A DNA stretch of 64,000 nucleotides from Squalus acanthias (lineage: Eukaryota), in the NCBI GenBank assembly GCA_030390025.1, contig CM059431.1, positions 129,582,001-129,646,000 of the forward strand. Reading direction: 5' to 3'. The notes beneath the pieces were generated by a model. That model was not told the origin of the DNA. It worked only from the letters and a program-made list of their open reading frames with translations, and did not search any database. The translations under genes were made by a program, and so were the position numbers. Shown piece after piece: positions 1 through 10,800 of this stretch. Positions within the stretch are counted from its first letter, which is position 1, and each line of letters starts with the position of its first letter.

Positions 1-549
1 TTTTTTGTTTGTTTTTCTGTGCCTCTGACCCATAGTTACTTAGACTATTTTCATGCCCTTTTGCTCTTTTAATGGCTTGTTATTGCCTCACAGATGAGCT
101 CTGTATATCATCCTCTTTACAGCTTTTCAAAAAACCCAAACACATTAAAAAAAAACTGTAGCTACTTAAAATCTTAAATAAACTCAAAAAATGCTGCCAA
201 CACTCATCAGGGCAGTCAGCACCTGTGGACAGAACAGATATGTTTCCAGCAAACAAAAAACTGCTGGACATTTGACCCAATAACACCTCTCTGTGACAAG
301 AGTCTGCATTCCTAATACTTATTTCCAACGTCCACCACCTACCCCCCCCCCCCACTCCCCCCCCCACCCCGCACCCCCACAGAGTTTGCTCAGCTCTATT
401 TAGATTCTCCTTTATGTTTGAGTTTCCAGTCATGAGGAAAGGACTACATCTTAAATGTTAGCATCTGTAAAGAAAAAACATAGGTAATGGGCCAACATTT
501 TTAGTTTTTATTCCATGTTACTCTACTCCAGGAGTGCCCAGACTGTTTA

Positions 550-706
550 GGGTCAATTTTAACCAAACCTAGCCGCCTGTTTTACACCCCGCCCAAATTT
601 GCTCTCCATTGACTTCAATGGAATGTAAAATAGGACGAGGTGTATAACGGACATCCAACGCAAACCCGTTCGGTTCCTGCGCAGTAGGTTAGATTAAAAT
701 CAGGGC
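550..706. mobile_element. Small Harbinger-type MITE
   Basis: Imperfect TIRs GGGTCAATTTTAACCAAACCTA / TAGGTTAGATTAAAATCAGGGC, same GG-N-ATTTT terminal pattern as the other Harbinger elements here; flanks TTA/TTT. Confidence 0.55.
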
Positions 707-1042
707 TTTTGTCTTCATGGGGTGCTTAGGTGCAAACCACGGACCCTCACAAGCCACAAACAGGGGGTGAATTTCACAGGGGTTCTCTTGTTTGTTGCCC
801 ACCCATCTGTAGGGCAGCTGGCATTGAGCAGGACAAGAGGATAATGACAGGGAGGTCAGAGGGAGTGGGTTGGGGCAGAATGACAGGGGAGATCAGACTG
901 GAGGAAGAAACTGAGTCTGGCAGTAGCATATTGCAAGGTGACACAATCAATTCTCTACCAGACCCCAGGACTGCCCTCTCAGTACTGCCAGATCCCGGGA
1001 CCGCTGTGCAGAGCTGCAAAACTCCAGGACCTTTGCAAGTTC

Positions 1043-2737
1043 TTTTTTTTTATTCATTCACAGAATGTGGACGTCGCTGGCAAGGCCAGCATTTATTGCC
1101 CATCCCTAATTGCCCTTGAGAAGGGGGTGGTGAGCCGCCTTCTTGAACCGCTGCAGTCCTTGTGGTGAAGGTACTCCCACAGTGCTGTTAGGGAGGGAGT
1201 TCCAGGATTTTGACCCAGGGATGATGAAGGAACGGCGATATACTTCCAAGTCAGGATGGTGTGTGACTTGGAGGGGAACTTGCAGGTGATAGTGGTCCCA
1301 TGCGCCTGCTGCCCTTGTCCTTCGAGGTGGTAGAGGTTGCGGGTTTGGGAGGTGCTGTCGAAGAAGCCTTGGCAAGTTGCTGCAGTGCATCTTGTAGATG
1401 GTACACACTGCAGCCACGGTGCACTGGTGATGCAGGGAGTGAATGTTTAAGGTGGTGGATGGGGTGCCAAATAATCAGGCTGCTTCGTCCTGGATGGTGT
1501 CAAGCTTCTTGAGTGTTGTTAGAACTGTACCAATCCAGGCAAGTGGAGTGTATTGTATCACACTCCTGACTTGAGCTTTGTAGATGGTGGAAAAAATTTG
1601 GGGAGTCAGGAGGTGAGACACTCGCCACAGAATACCAAGCCTCTGACCTGCTCTTGTTGCCACAGTATTTATGTGGCTGGTCCAGTTAAGTTTTTGGTCA
1701 ATTGTGGCCCCCCAGAATGCTGATGGTGGGGGATTTGCCGATGGTAATGCCATTGAATGTCAAGGGGCGGTGGTTAGACTCTCTCTTGTTGGAGATAGTC
1801 ATTGCCTGGCACTTGTGTGGCACGAATGTTACTTGCCACTTATCAGCCCAAGCCTGAATGTTATCCAGGTCTTGCTGCATTCAGGCATGGACTGCTTCAT
1901 TATCTGAGGAGTTGTGAATGGAACTGAACACTGTGCACTCATCACCGAACATCTCCACTTCTGACCTTATAATGGAGGGAATGTCATTGATGAAGCTGCT
2001 GAAGATGGTTGGGCCTAGGATACTGCCCTGAGGAACTCCTGCAGCGATGTCCTGGGGCTGAGATGATTGGCCTCCAACAACTACAACCATCTTCCTTTAT
2101 GCTAGGTATGACTCCAGCCAGTGGAGTGTTTTCCCCCTGATTCCCATTGACTTCAATTTTACTAGGGCTCCTTGATGCTACACTCAGTCAAATGCTGCCT
2201 TGATGTTAAGGGCAGTCACTCTCACCTCACCTCTGGAATTCAGCTCTTTTTTCCATGTTTGGACCAAGGCTGTAATGAGGTCTGGAGCCGAGTGGTCCTG
2301 GCAGAACCCACAATGAGCATCGGTCAGCAGGTTATTGGTGAGTAAGTGACGCTTGATAGCACTATCGATGACACCTTCCATCACTTTGCTGATGATTGAG
2401 AGTAGGCTGATGGGACGGTAATTGTCCGGATTGGATTTGTCCTGCTTTTTGTGGACAGGACATACCTGGGCCGTTTTCCACATTGTCGGGTAGATGCAAA
2501 TATTGTAGCTGTAGTGGAACAGCTTGGCTAGAGGCACGGCTAGTTCTGGAGCACAAGTCTTCAGCACGGTAGCCGGAATGTTGTCAGGGCCCATAGCCTT
2601 TGCTGTATCTAGTGTACTCAGCCATTTCTTGATATCACATGGAGTAAATTGAACTGGCTTCTGTGATGGTGGGGACCTCAGGAGGAGGCCGATATGAATC
2701 ATCCACTCGGCACTTCTTGCTGAAGATAGTTGCAAAC
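1043..2737 (-). mobile_element. 5'-truncated CR1-group LINE (degraded RT ORF2) with poly(A) tail
   Basis: Minus-strand ORF fragments with [28 protein letters not shown] and a decayed FADD motif; T-run at 1043-1051 is the A tail. Confidence 0.9.
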
Positions 2738-3450
2738 TGGCAGAACCCAAATGAGGGTCAGAGCTTCAGGGACACGGCAGCATGAGGTAACCAGGCAGAG
2801 AATCACTACCCTGCCAGTCACATGTAACCACCCACCCCTGTATCTCCTCACAACCTGACACTGCCAGATCTCAGATCCTTCCTCAAATCACAGAACCTGT
2901 GGCCGGAATTTTCTGGGGTCCATGCGGGCGCGATTGGAGGCGGGTCGGATGGGAAATTTGAAATACGTTGGAGTAGGTCGGGAACCTGCCGTCATCCCGC
3001 CCCCCTTGCACCTTTCCCTCGGGTGCGTTTGCTGGTGCAGCAGCGACCCGAATGGCAGAGGCGGGCGACCTAATTTAAATCATTAACAGGTACTTGTCAG
3101 ACCCTTAAGCGCCTTTTTAACCCTACCATTCAAATTTCACTGGATGGCCACGGGAATCTCGCAGCTCGGGAACCACGTCTGTCAACCTGAGGCAGGAGTT
3201 GAGTGGCCATTGATCTAGCTGATTAGTTGACAGCATGAAATATACTATAAAACTCTCCCCTGACAGCTGATCACTTTCCTCAGGCAGAAGCTATTGCTGA
3301 CTGTATTGCCAGCATAGATTTAGTTTTTTTGAGGCTGCAAGTGTTTCCAGCAAAGTTGCCATCCAGTCTCACCCCATTGGTAGAACCTATCGCACCATTG
3401 ACAAATTGCTTCTCTCATCTCTTACTTGACCTGCCATCAATTTCATCAGC

Positions 3451-4331
3451 ATGGGTGCCATTTATACTGTCTCACCTTGGTCCTCCGAATCGGACCACTA
3501 TGAGCCAGCAGCACCAGGCACACCAGCAGCACCAACAACACAACACCACCAACCTTCTCCTCAACCACCTGATGCTGCACAAGACAGAGGGCATCAGCAC
3601 AGGGCTGCACCATGCCAGAGGTGATACCCCCAACACTGGGTATACAGGCAGAGGATGAGCTTCCTCAACATGACTGAGCAGCAGTGCCATCGCAGACATT
3701 TGCACATTGCTGGAGCAAGATCTGCAGCCCAGAGGAGCAGGTGGACACGCCTTAGGAAATGGCTGTCAAAGTCACCAGCGCCCTCAACTTCTTCGCCTCA
3801 GGCTCCTTCCAGGGATCTGCAGCAGGCATTTGCAGCATCTCGCAGTTGGCCGCCCACAGATGTATCACACAAATCACCGATGCCCTGTTTGACAAGTCAG
3901 CCAATTATATCAACTTTGCCACTGATCAAGCCACTGTTACTGAGCAGGCATTCAGCTTTGCCACTCTGGCTGGCTTCCCATGGGTGCAGGGCATCATCGA
4001 CAGCACACATGTGGCCATCAGGGCACCCCATCATCACCCAGGAGTCTTTGTCAACCGCAAGGGCTTCCACTCCCTCAATGTGCAGCTAGTCTGCAACCAT
4101 AGGAAGATCATCATGGATGTGTGTGCCAAAATCCCTGGCAGCTGCCATGACTCTTTCATGCTGCGCCAGTCCACCCTCCCTCAGCTCTTCGCTCATCCAA
4201 ACAGACTTTCCAGCTGGCTGCTTAGAGACAAGGGCTATCCACTGAAGACGTGGCTCATGACACCCTTGAGGAGGCCAAGTACTGAGGCCGAGGAGAGATA
4301 TAATGAAAGCCACATTTCCACCAGATGTGTC
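3451..4331 (+). pseudogene. Harbinger DDE transposase, 5' part
   Basis: [56 protein letters not shown]; frameshifted N-terminus. Confidence 0.92.
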
Positions 4332-4905
4332 TGTAGAATTCGCAATATAATCGCGATTTTATAAATAAGGAGGAGACACATAGTTTCGTACAAACAGCTT
4401 TATTTCAGCAGAATGCTGTCAGGTTTTCAAAGTGGACACAAGCAGCCTGTAAAATGGCCGCCACGCCTCGTGGCAGAACATTCTAGACTTTTCGATAAGC
4501 AGACAAGATGGCGTTCCAATAAACATTTGTGCGAGATCGATCAAGACTCAGCACATTTGAGATAATACACAAGACATTATGGGTTTGCAGTATACACATA
4601 AATACTGGAATCGGTCTCCCAGGTGCGAATAAAGGGCTATTGTACCAAGCGATCAAGAACCCATCCAAAGACATTAATATGCAAAATCCCCATGACTCTA
4701 CGATGAGAGAGCCGTTTGCGGGTAGTTACAGAAAACATTTGGAAGCCCCAAAACCCCTCCAGGGAGAATACTGACCGGTTACACATTGGGAAAAGTATTA
4801 ACAGGTACTCAGGCAGTTACGAGTATCCCCGAAACCCATTAAACGGAGATCACCCTATACAAGAAGTTTGAGCGCCAAAACTCTGACAAAAGAAAAGACA
4901 TTAAG

Positions 4906-4940
4906 ATTGGGCGGGAAAAAGAGGAGTTTCAGCACTATAA
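4906..4940 (+). promoter_or_regulatory. Putative LTR promoter (inverted CCAAT, GC box, TATAA)
   Basis: ATTGG-GCGGG then CTATAA at 4935-4940; GC box and TATAA also kept in the diverged inverted LTR (14536-14563). Confidence 0.6.
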
Positions 4941-5774
4941 CTGTAAACTACAACCGTCCATCTTTCTCTTATCCTCTTGACTCCTTGCCGCTTGCCTCGT
5001 GTCTCTGCCTCTTGCAGCTCTTGCTGTTTGACTTGCTGAAAGACTATTGAACTTTCTGATCCGCCAGGATCTGCCTCGTGGCTTGCCGCAAAGATCTGTG
5101 TGGAACTGGGCTGTGAAGCCTTGAAGCGGGCACACCATCCCGAGAAGTCGGTAAATGGTGTTGGAACCGAAGGCCCGAGATGAGATGAGATGAGATGAGA
5201 AGAGAAGAAGACGACCATACGTATCGCCACGGTCAGTAAGCCCCGACCGCGCCTGTAGGTCGAATAGACACTTTCTTTGCCCAGGAAGACTATCTTTTGA
5301 GTTCTACAGAACTGGCATCGGAAGACCATTCTTCGAATTTTATCGCATCGGGGCGAGGGCACAGGAAGACTATTTTTTGAGTCGTGTCGGAACTCCGAGG
5401 ACAACACAGATCTTCATGACAACAGACGGTCCAGCCTGCTAGCCGGAGCAGAAACGAGTAAACAAGTGGGGTACAGAGACCCCTGATCAACACGTGGGTG
5501 ATCAGGTGCTGCGGTAAAAACATCCGAGCAGAGTTTTCGGAATTCTCCGAGTTATCACGAGTGGTGAGCATGAGTCTCGATCCTACAAATCTAGTTTAGG
5601 TCAGGTATTGATAGGGGAGGGTTTAAGTTTTAAGGATAATTGTAATGTGTGCCCCCATTTACGATGTGTCGTTCGTTCCTCGTTTCCCAAAAATTAGTTA
5701 CATAACTGCGTGTAAGATTGTACTGTCATTAATCTGTGCTTATGACATGTATTTCGTAATCTTGAATAATATGC

Positions 5775-5780
5775 AATAAA
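5775..5780 (+). terminator. LTR poly(A) signal (3' LTR copy at 17729-17734)
   Basis: AATAAA present in all three LTR copies, ~235 bp before the LTR end. Confidence 0.6.
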
Positions 5781-6019
5781 GATTTTCCATTTCACACTAA
5801 TCAACCGGGTCTACCTGAGTTTTCTCTGCATTATTGCTCTCGCACCTAAGTCCAGTGTCAGAACCGTAAGGGCGAGTGGGTCGAACCACTCACAGGGGTC
5901 TAGTGTTACCAGGCTGGCTGGAGACCAGAACAGGCAACAAGGCCTAACCTCACACTAGCGCCCAGGCTGAGCACAGAGCCACAGGCGGTGTCACACACGT
6001 GTCAAAACCCTCACAGAAA

Positions 6020-7816
6020 ATGGCGACCGCGGCAGGACACTGGCAGCAAGAGGGTAATGTGTTAGACTTTGGTATGATTGGGCGAAATGTCATGGAAGAG
6101 AGAATAGCAGATTATGTGTTCGGAAAAGTGAATTTGACCAAGAAATGGATAAGTGACCTGCTGGTGGATAAGCATCCACTAGAGGCGGCCGAGAGGTGGA
6201 CAGATAGCAAGGAACATAAAAAGGCAGTGGAGAAAGCGGTCTGGCTGATGTGCTATAAAAGACAAGTCCAAATTTCGGACCAGGTCATCACAGCGCAAGC
6301 AGCTCGGATCAGGCGTTTAGAGGTGGAAATGGACGAGAAGGTCGCGGGGGGGCAGCAGCTCATCACGACTTTAAATGCGTTGCATCAAGAACGCCAGGTA
6401 GTCACCAACCACCATAAAACAAAAATAGATTACCTCGAGTGCCAGGTCACTGAGGCAAAGTTAAGTGAGGGTAGATTAAAGGAACGATGTGCCTGCCTAG
6501 CTGCCCAAATAAAAGCCCAGGAAGAGAGCTTAACGGGGGTTAGGGCGGCATATAAGATGGCCCTCGAGGATAAATTTCAGGGGGCCGATCACAGCGTCTG
6601 CCAAAAGGAGATAGAGCACCTTAAAAGGGCCGTGAACAAAGCGCACGGCATGGTGTGCCTTATCAGTCCGTCAGCACACCAGCCGCTAGTGGATGAGGGA
6701 TTTCAGAAATCCCCACCGAACAAAGCAGAGGAAGTATTAGCCACTATGCCCTCCGCGCTACCCAGCTATTCGGAAACCTGGGTAAGGGAGGAAGTGGTGG
6801 AAGTAACGAAAGAGCCCACTGAGGTAGAAGTGAAGCCGGGACCGTTGTGTCCGGTCACGGGTATCAAAAGGGGCCCGAACAGAGACAGTGGGGAAGAAGG
6901 GGATCTCCTCAACCAGCTTGTGTTGCCTCACAGCTCACACCAGCTGAGGATTATGATCAGTCACGTACGGAAGCTGGCCGAGTCAGACGACCCTTCCGTA
7001 CATTTTAGGGAAATAGAGCAAACCGCAGCCATTAACGGCTGCGACGATGGGGAAACAGCAAAGATGCTGTTATTCTCATTAGATAGCTCGATCCTTCAGT
7101 GTCTCTCAGACGAGAGCAAGAGGGGAACTAATACCTATGGGGCACTAAGAAATGAGGTCCTAGAAGTGTTGGGAGCAGACGATGAAGGTCCGTTTGTTAG
7201 ACTGGGACAGATGGAGGGAGAACCCCCGAAGGTTTTCGCCGACAGGCTGTGGCCAGTATACCAGCGTAGCTGCCCAGGTGCGCCAGAGCGCGCCGATGTG
7301 GAAGGCGTCGGTTTAACTCATTGGCTCAGGTGTATAGTAACCAACAGTTTGCCAGCCGTCAGGGAGCAGGCAAAAGCGTGGTTTGATCCCACTAACCCCG
7401 CCACTACAGAGGAGTCGGTCCGAAATCGACTCACGGTAGGGTACCGTAATACCAGGAGTACGGGAGCACGTCCCCTTAAGGGAAAGGTGCGTGAGGCACG
7501 ACCCGCAGCCCCGGCTCAAAAGGAGTGGCATCAGGAGGGTAACCGCGCCCCGCAGGCCAGCAATGCTTGTTACGGGTGTGGGAAGACAGGGCACTGGCGC
7601 AAGAACTGCAGGAACCCTTGGAAGGATTCCAGGGATAAAAATCCCGCAGCCCGAGCCCAGGCGCCTGTCTCTGATAGGGAAGCTAGTGCACCCATCCATC
7701 CCGACGCGATCGAAACAGTGTTGGGAGCCATGCGTAACCTCATGAGTGCGCATGGAAGGGTGGCGGTTGCTACCGGCCCCGCAGGTGCCACAGCCCCGTC
7801 CAATAGTACCCAATGA
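6020..7816 (+). CDS. gag: Gag, 598 aa, intact: N-terminal coiled coil, capsid with MHR-like QMEGEPPKVFADRL, one CCHC knuckle
   Basis: Open ORF; CYGCGKTGHWRKNC at 7568-7609; AAAATGG start context. Confidence 0.9.
   Translation: MATAAGHWQQEGNVLDFGMIGRNVMEERIADYVFGKVNLTKKWISDLLVDKHPLEAAERWTDSKEHKKAVEKAVWLMCYKRQVQISDQVITAQAARIRRLEVEMDEKVAGGQQLITTLNALHQERQVVTNHHKTKIDYLECQVTEAKLSEGRLKERCACLAAQIKAQEESLTGVRAAYKMALEDKFQGADHSVCQKEIEHLKRAVNKAHGMVCLISPSAHQPLVDEGFQKSPPNKAEEVLATMPSALPSYSETWVREEVVEVTKEPTEVEVKPGPLCPVTGIKRGPNRDSGEEGDLLNQLVLPHSSHQLRIMISHVRKLAESDDPSVHFREIEQTAAINGCDDGETAKMLLFSLDSSILQCLSDESKRGTNTYGALRNEVLEVLGADDEGPFVRLGQMEGEPPKVFADRLWPVYQRSCPGAPERADVEGVGLTHWLRCIVTNSLPAVREQAKAWFDPTNPATTEESVRNRLTVGYRNTRSTGARPLKGKVREARPAAPAQKEWHQEGNRAPQASNACYGCGKTGHWRKNCRNPWKDSRDKNPAARAQAPVSDREASAPIHPDAIETVLGAMRNLMSAHGRVAVATGPAGATAPSNSTQ
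6021..6038 (+). other. Primer-binding site, tRNA-Arg(UCG)
   Basis: TGGCGACCGCGGCAGGAC is complementary to the 3' 18 nt (GUCCUGCCGCGGUCGCCA) of vertebrate tRNA-Arg-UCG as I recall it; lies 5 nt after the LTR end. Confidence 0.85.
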
Positions 7817-10800
7817 CTAGAGCCCGCACAGCCCGTCTACCTGTGTCCGCTCAGCTATGATGCGTGGAAGCGACCCCTGGTGGAGATGGAGGTATAGAAA
7901 CAGAAGGGTAGTTATTTGTTGGACACGGGAGCTTCTTGCACCGTGATTCATACAGATAGCCCTTTTGACTCACCGCTATCTACCAAGGTCCCATTCACAT
8001 TAGCGGGGTTCACGTTAAAGAACAGGCTGGCGCGTTCTCCCTTCCGCTATCCATTCATTTAGGAGCACTCCACACCACGTGGAAGTGCATACTGATGAAA
8101 TGGCAAGAGGGAGGTGGGAGAGGCATCCTCGGGTCCGATCTCCTATCGGGGCACGGGATCCTCGTGGACCTCAGGAATCACTGTCTCTGGGGGGCTAAGG
8201 GTGGAGAAGGCGAGGTAGTGGTAATTCCGGGGGAGGAAGAAACAGGGGCCCTGTGTACCATGAAGCCATCCGGAGGCTACGACCTCGGGCTTATGGTCGC
8301 GGATGTCCCAACGGACATGCAAACGTACGTGTCAGATAATATGCATGCGTTTGCAACCCACAAGCACGATTGTGGGAGGGTTACCGGGTTTGAGGTCAGC
8401 GTAGATGGGGACCCCATGACCCGGCCCCAAAAGCAGTATAACTTCCCCAAAGAAGCAGAACCCGACATGGAGACAGCAATGTCCTCCTTGGTGCAGCAGG
8501 GCATGTTGAGGCCGATAGCCACACACGTGAACTCCCCATTATGGCCGGTTAGGAAGCCGGGTAATTCGTGGAGGGCCACGGTGGACTACAGAGTCCTTAA
8601 CAGTAACATTCCCGCCTGCGCGCCCACGGTAGCAGCAGTCGCTGACCTAATAGGGAGTATCCCAGCGTCCGCGACCACGTTCACGGTGCTGGATATCTCG
8701 AACGGTTTTTGGTCCATCCCGCTGCGGTGAGAGGACCAGTACAAGTTTGCCTTTACTTTCAAAGGACAACAGTACACATGGAACTGTCTGCCACAGGGTT
8801 TCCACAACAGCCCCAGTATTTTCCATCAGTGTATGGCAGGAAGTTTAAAGGAGTTTAGTCAGCCCAATCAGATAGTACAGTACGTGGATGATTTGCTCCT
8901 ATTTACGGATCAAAGGGAGGAGCATGGACCACTGCTGGCCGAGTTATTGGAGCTGCTAGCGAGAAAGGGTTTTAAAGTGAACCCTAAGAAAGCACGTATC
9001 GGTCAGCAGGAAGTAAAATTCCTGGGGCTGACCATTCGCGCTGGGGAAAGAGCCATAGATATGGCTAGGAGGGAGTCGGTGCAAGAGTTACCGATTCCCA
9101 ACACCATAAGGGGTGTGAGGTCCTTTTTGGGACTGACCGGTTATTGCAGGGATTTTATCGAAGACTATGCGGCCACAGCGGCGCTGCTGCTCCGACTCCT
9201 CCATAAGGGAGTGGAGTGGTCTTGGGACGAGGGCTGCCAGGCAGCCTTCGAGAAGTTAAAAAGGGATTTGCAGACCGCGCCAGCTTTAGGGGCCATAGAT
9301 GGGGGGAAGGAGTTTTTCCTGGAGGTAGCTGCCAGCGGGGACAGCTTGAGCGCTGTGCTGCTCCAAGAGCGTCACGGCAAGCTGAGGCCGGTTGTCTATT
9401 CGTCCAGGGTGTTAACGGATGTGGAGAGGAGTTTCTCCAACTGCGAAAGGCACCTTTTAGCCACGCATTGGGCTGTGAAAAGATCAGCGATCTTCACAGG
9501 GCTCTCTCCCATCACTCTCCTCACCCATCACACACCAACTAAGATGCTTCTAGATGGGAGGATTAAAGATGGGACCGTAAGCAGCGCGCGTATTGCGCAC
9601 TGGACCCTTCTTCTTTCCCAGATGGATCTTAGAGTTAAAGGTCTTTGCGAGCCCAGGCTTGCGGCCAATTTGGTATACCCCGGTACAGCCCAGCAGTGTT
9701 CGGTGGAAGGGGTGTGGGAAGTCAACATAGGTTTGCGGGCCGGGATACATCCCACTGGGCGCGAGATTTATGTTGATGGTTCCAGCACAGTGTCCGCTGG
9801 CGAACGACTCACAGGGTGTGGAGTTTATGACCCTGCGGCAAACCTTGCCCTGGCGATTAAGCTCCCCAGCACCATGAGCGCGCAGCAGGCTGAGCTGTCT
9901 GCAGTGGTGTACGTCGTTACCCACCCAGAAATTTTCCCAACCCCATACACGATTTGCTCGGACAGTATGTTCACATGCAATTCGTGTACGGAATACCTGG
10001 CCATTTGGTCCCGCCGTGGATACAACTCCGCGGACGGGCGACCTTTAACGGTGAAGCCCTTGCTGGAAAAGATCCTAGCAGCAGTAGGGGAGGAAGGGGA
10101 GATTTTCATCCATAAGGTGAAGGCTCACTCCTCCACAGAGCCCCGTGGGGAGGGCAACCAGCAGGCGGATGCGCTAGCCAGGGAGGGTGCCCGCAACGGC
10201 ATTTTCTGGGACCCCTATGGGCCCAGACCCATGGCAGCGATCCAAGGCAGGGACGGGAATCCCGGGAACACCAGGGTAGCATTGCCCCTAGACCTTAAGA
10301 CCGTCCAGAACCAGGATCCCGCCCTAAAAGCAGTCCTCAGAACCCTTGCTGAGGGGAAGCAGGTAGAGGGTCCGTACAGTACGGCAACCCTCTCAGTCAA
10401 GGAAGGCATGCTGTTCCGCGAAGAGCAGTGGGTTGTGCCGCAGCAGCACAGGAGGGAATTCCTCCAGTTGGCTCACGAGGGACCGGGGGCAGGGCACCCC
10501 GGGCCCGAGGTTACCTGGCAACGGGTAGAGCAAGCGGGATGGTGGCCGGGGCTCAGGGAACAGGTCCGCGAGTTCTGTGCAAGCTGTCTCGTGTGCGCTG
10601 CAAATAACCCAGACCCCCAGAAAAGGAAAGTGCCCATGAGGCACGTCAGGAGGGTAGAGGGACCATGGCAGTCTATACAGATCGACTATATAGGGCCCCT
10701 GCCCACCACCCAGGGAGGCTATAAATACTGCCTCGTCTTGGTGGATGAGTTTTCCAAATGGGTGGAAGCCTTCCCCTGTAGAACAGCTACGGCACTGGGT

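Larger units (their letters stand above)
4332..6015 (+). repeat. 5' LTR (1684 bp)
   Basis: TGTAGAATTC...ACCCTCACA; direct repeat of 16292-17969 with about 15 differences by eye. Confidence 0.95.

Noticed and set aside
94..160. Possible host terminal exon after CTCACAG
   Set aside because: Too short and unrecognisable to support
4529..4774. 81-aa U3 ORF
   Set aside because: GTG start, and a 1-nt indel shifts the frame in the diverged LTR
4901..5571. Antisense LTR ORFs (HBZ-like accessory gene)
   Set aside because: Frames differ among the three LTR copies because of (GAGAT)n number and 1-bp indels
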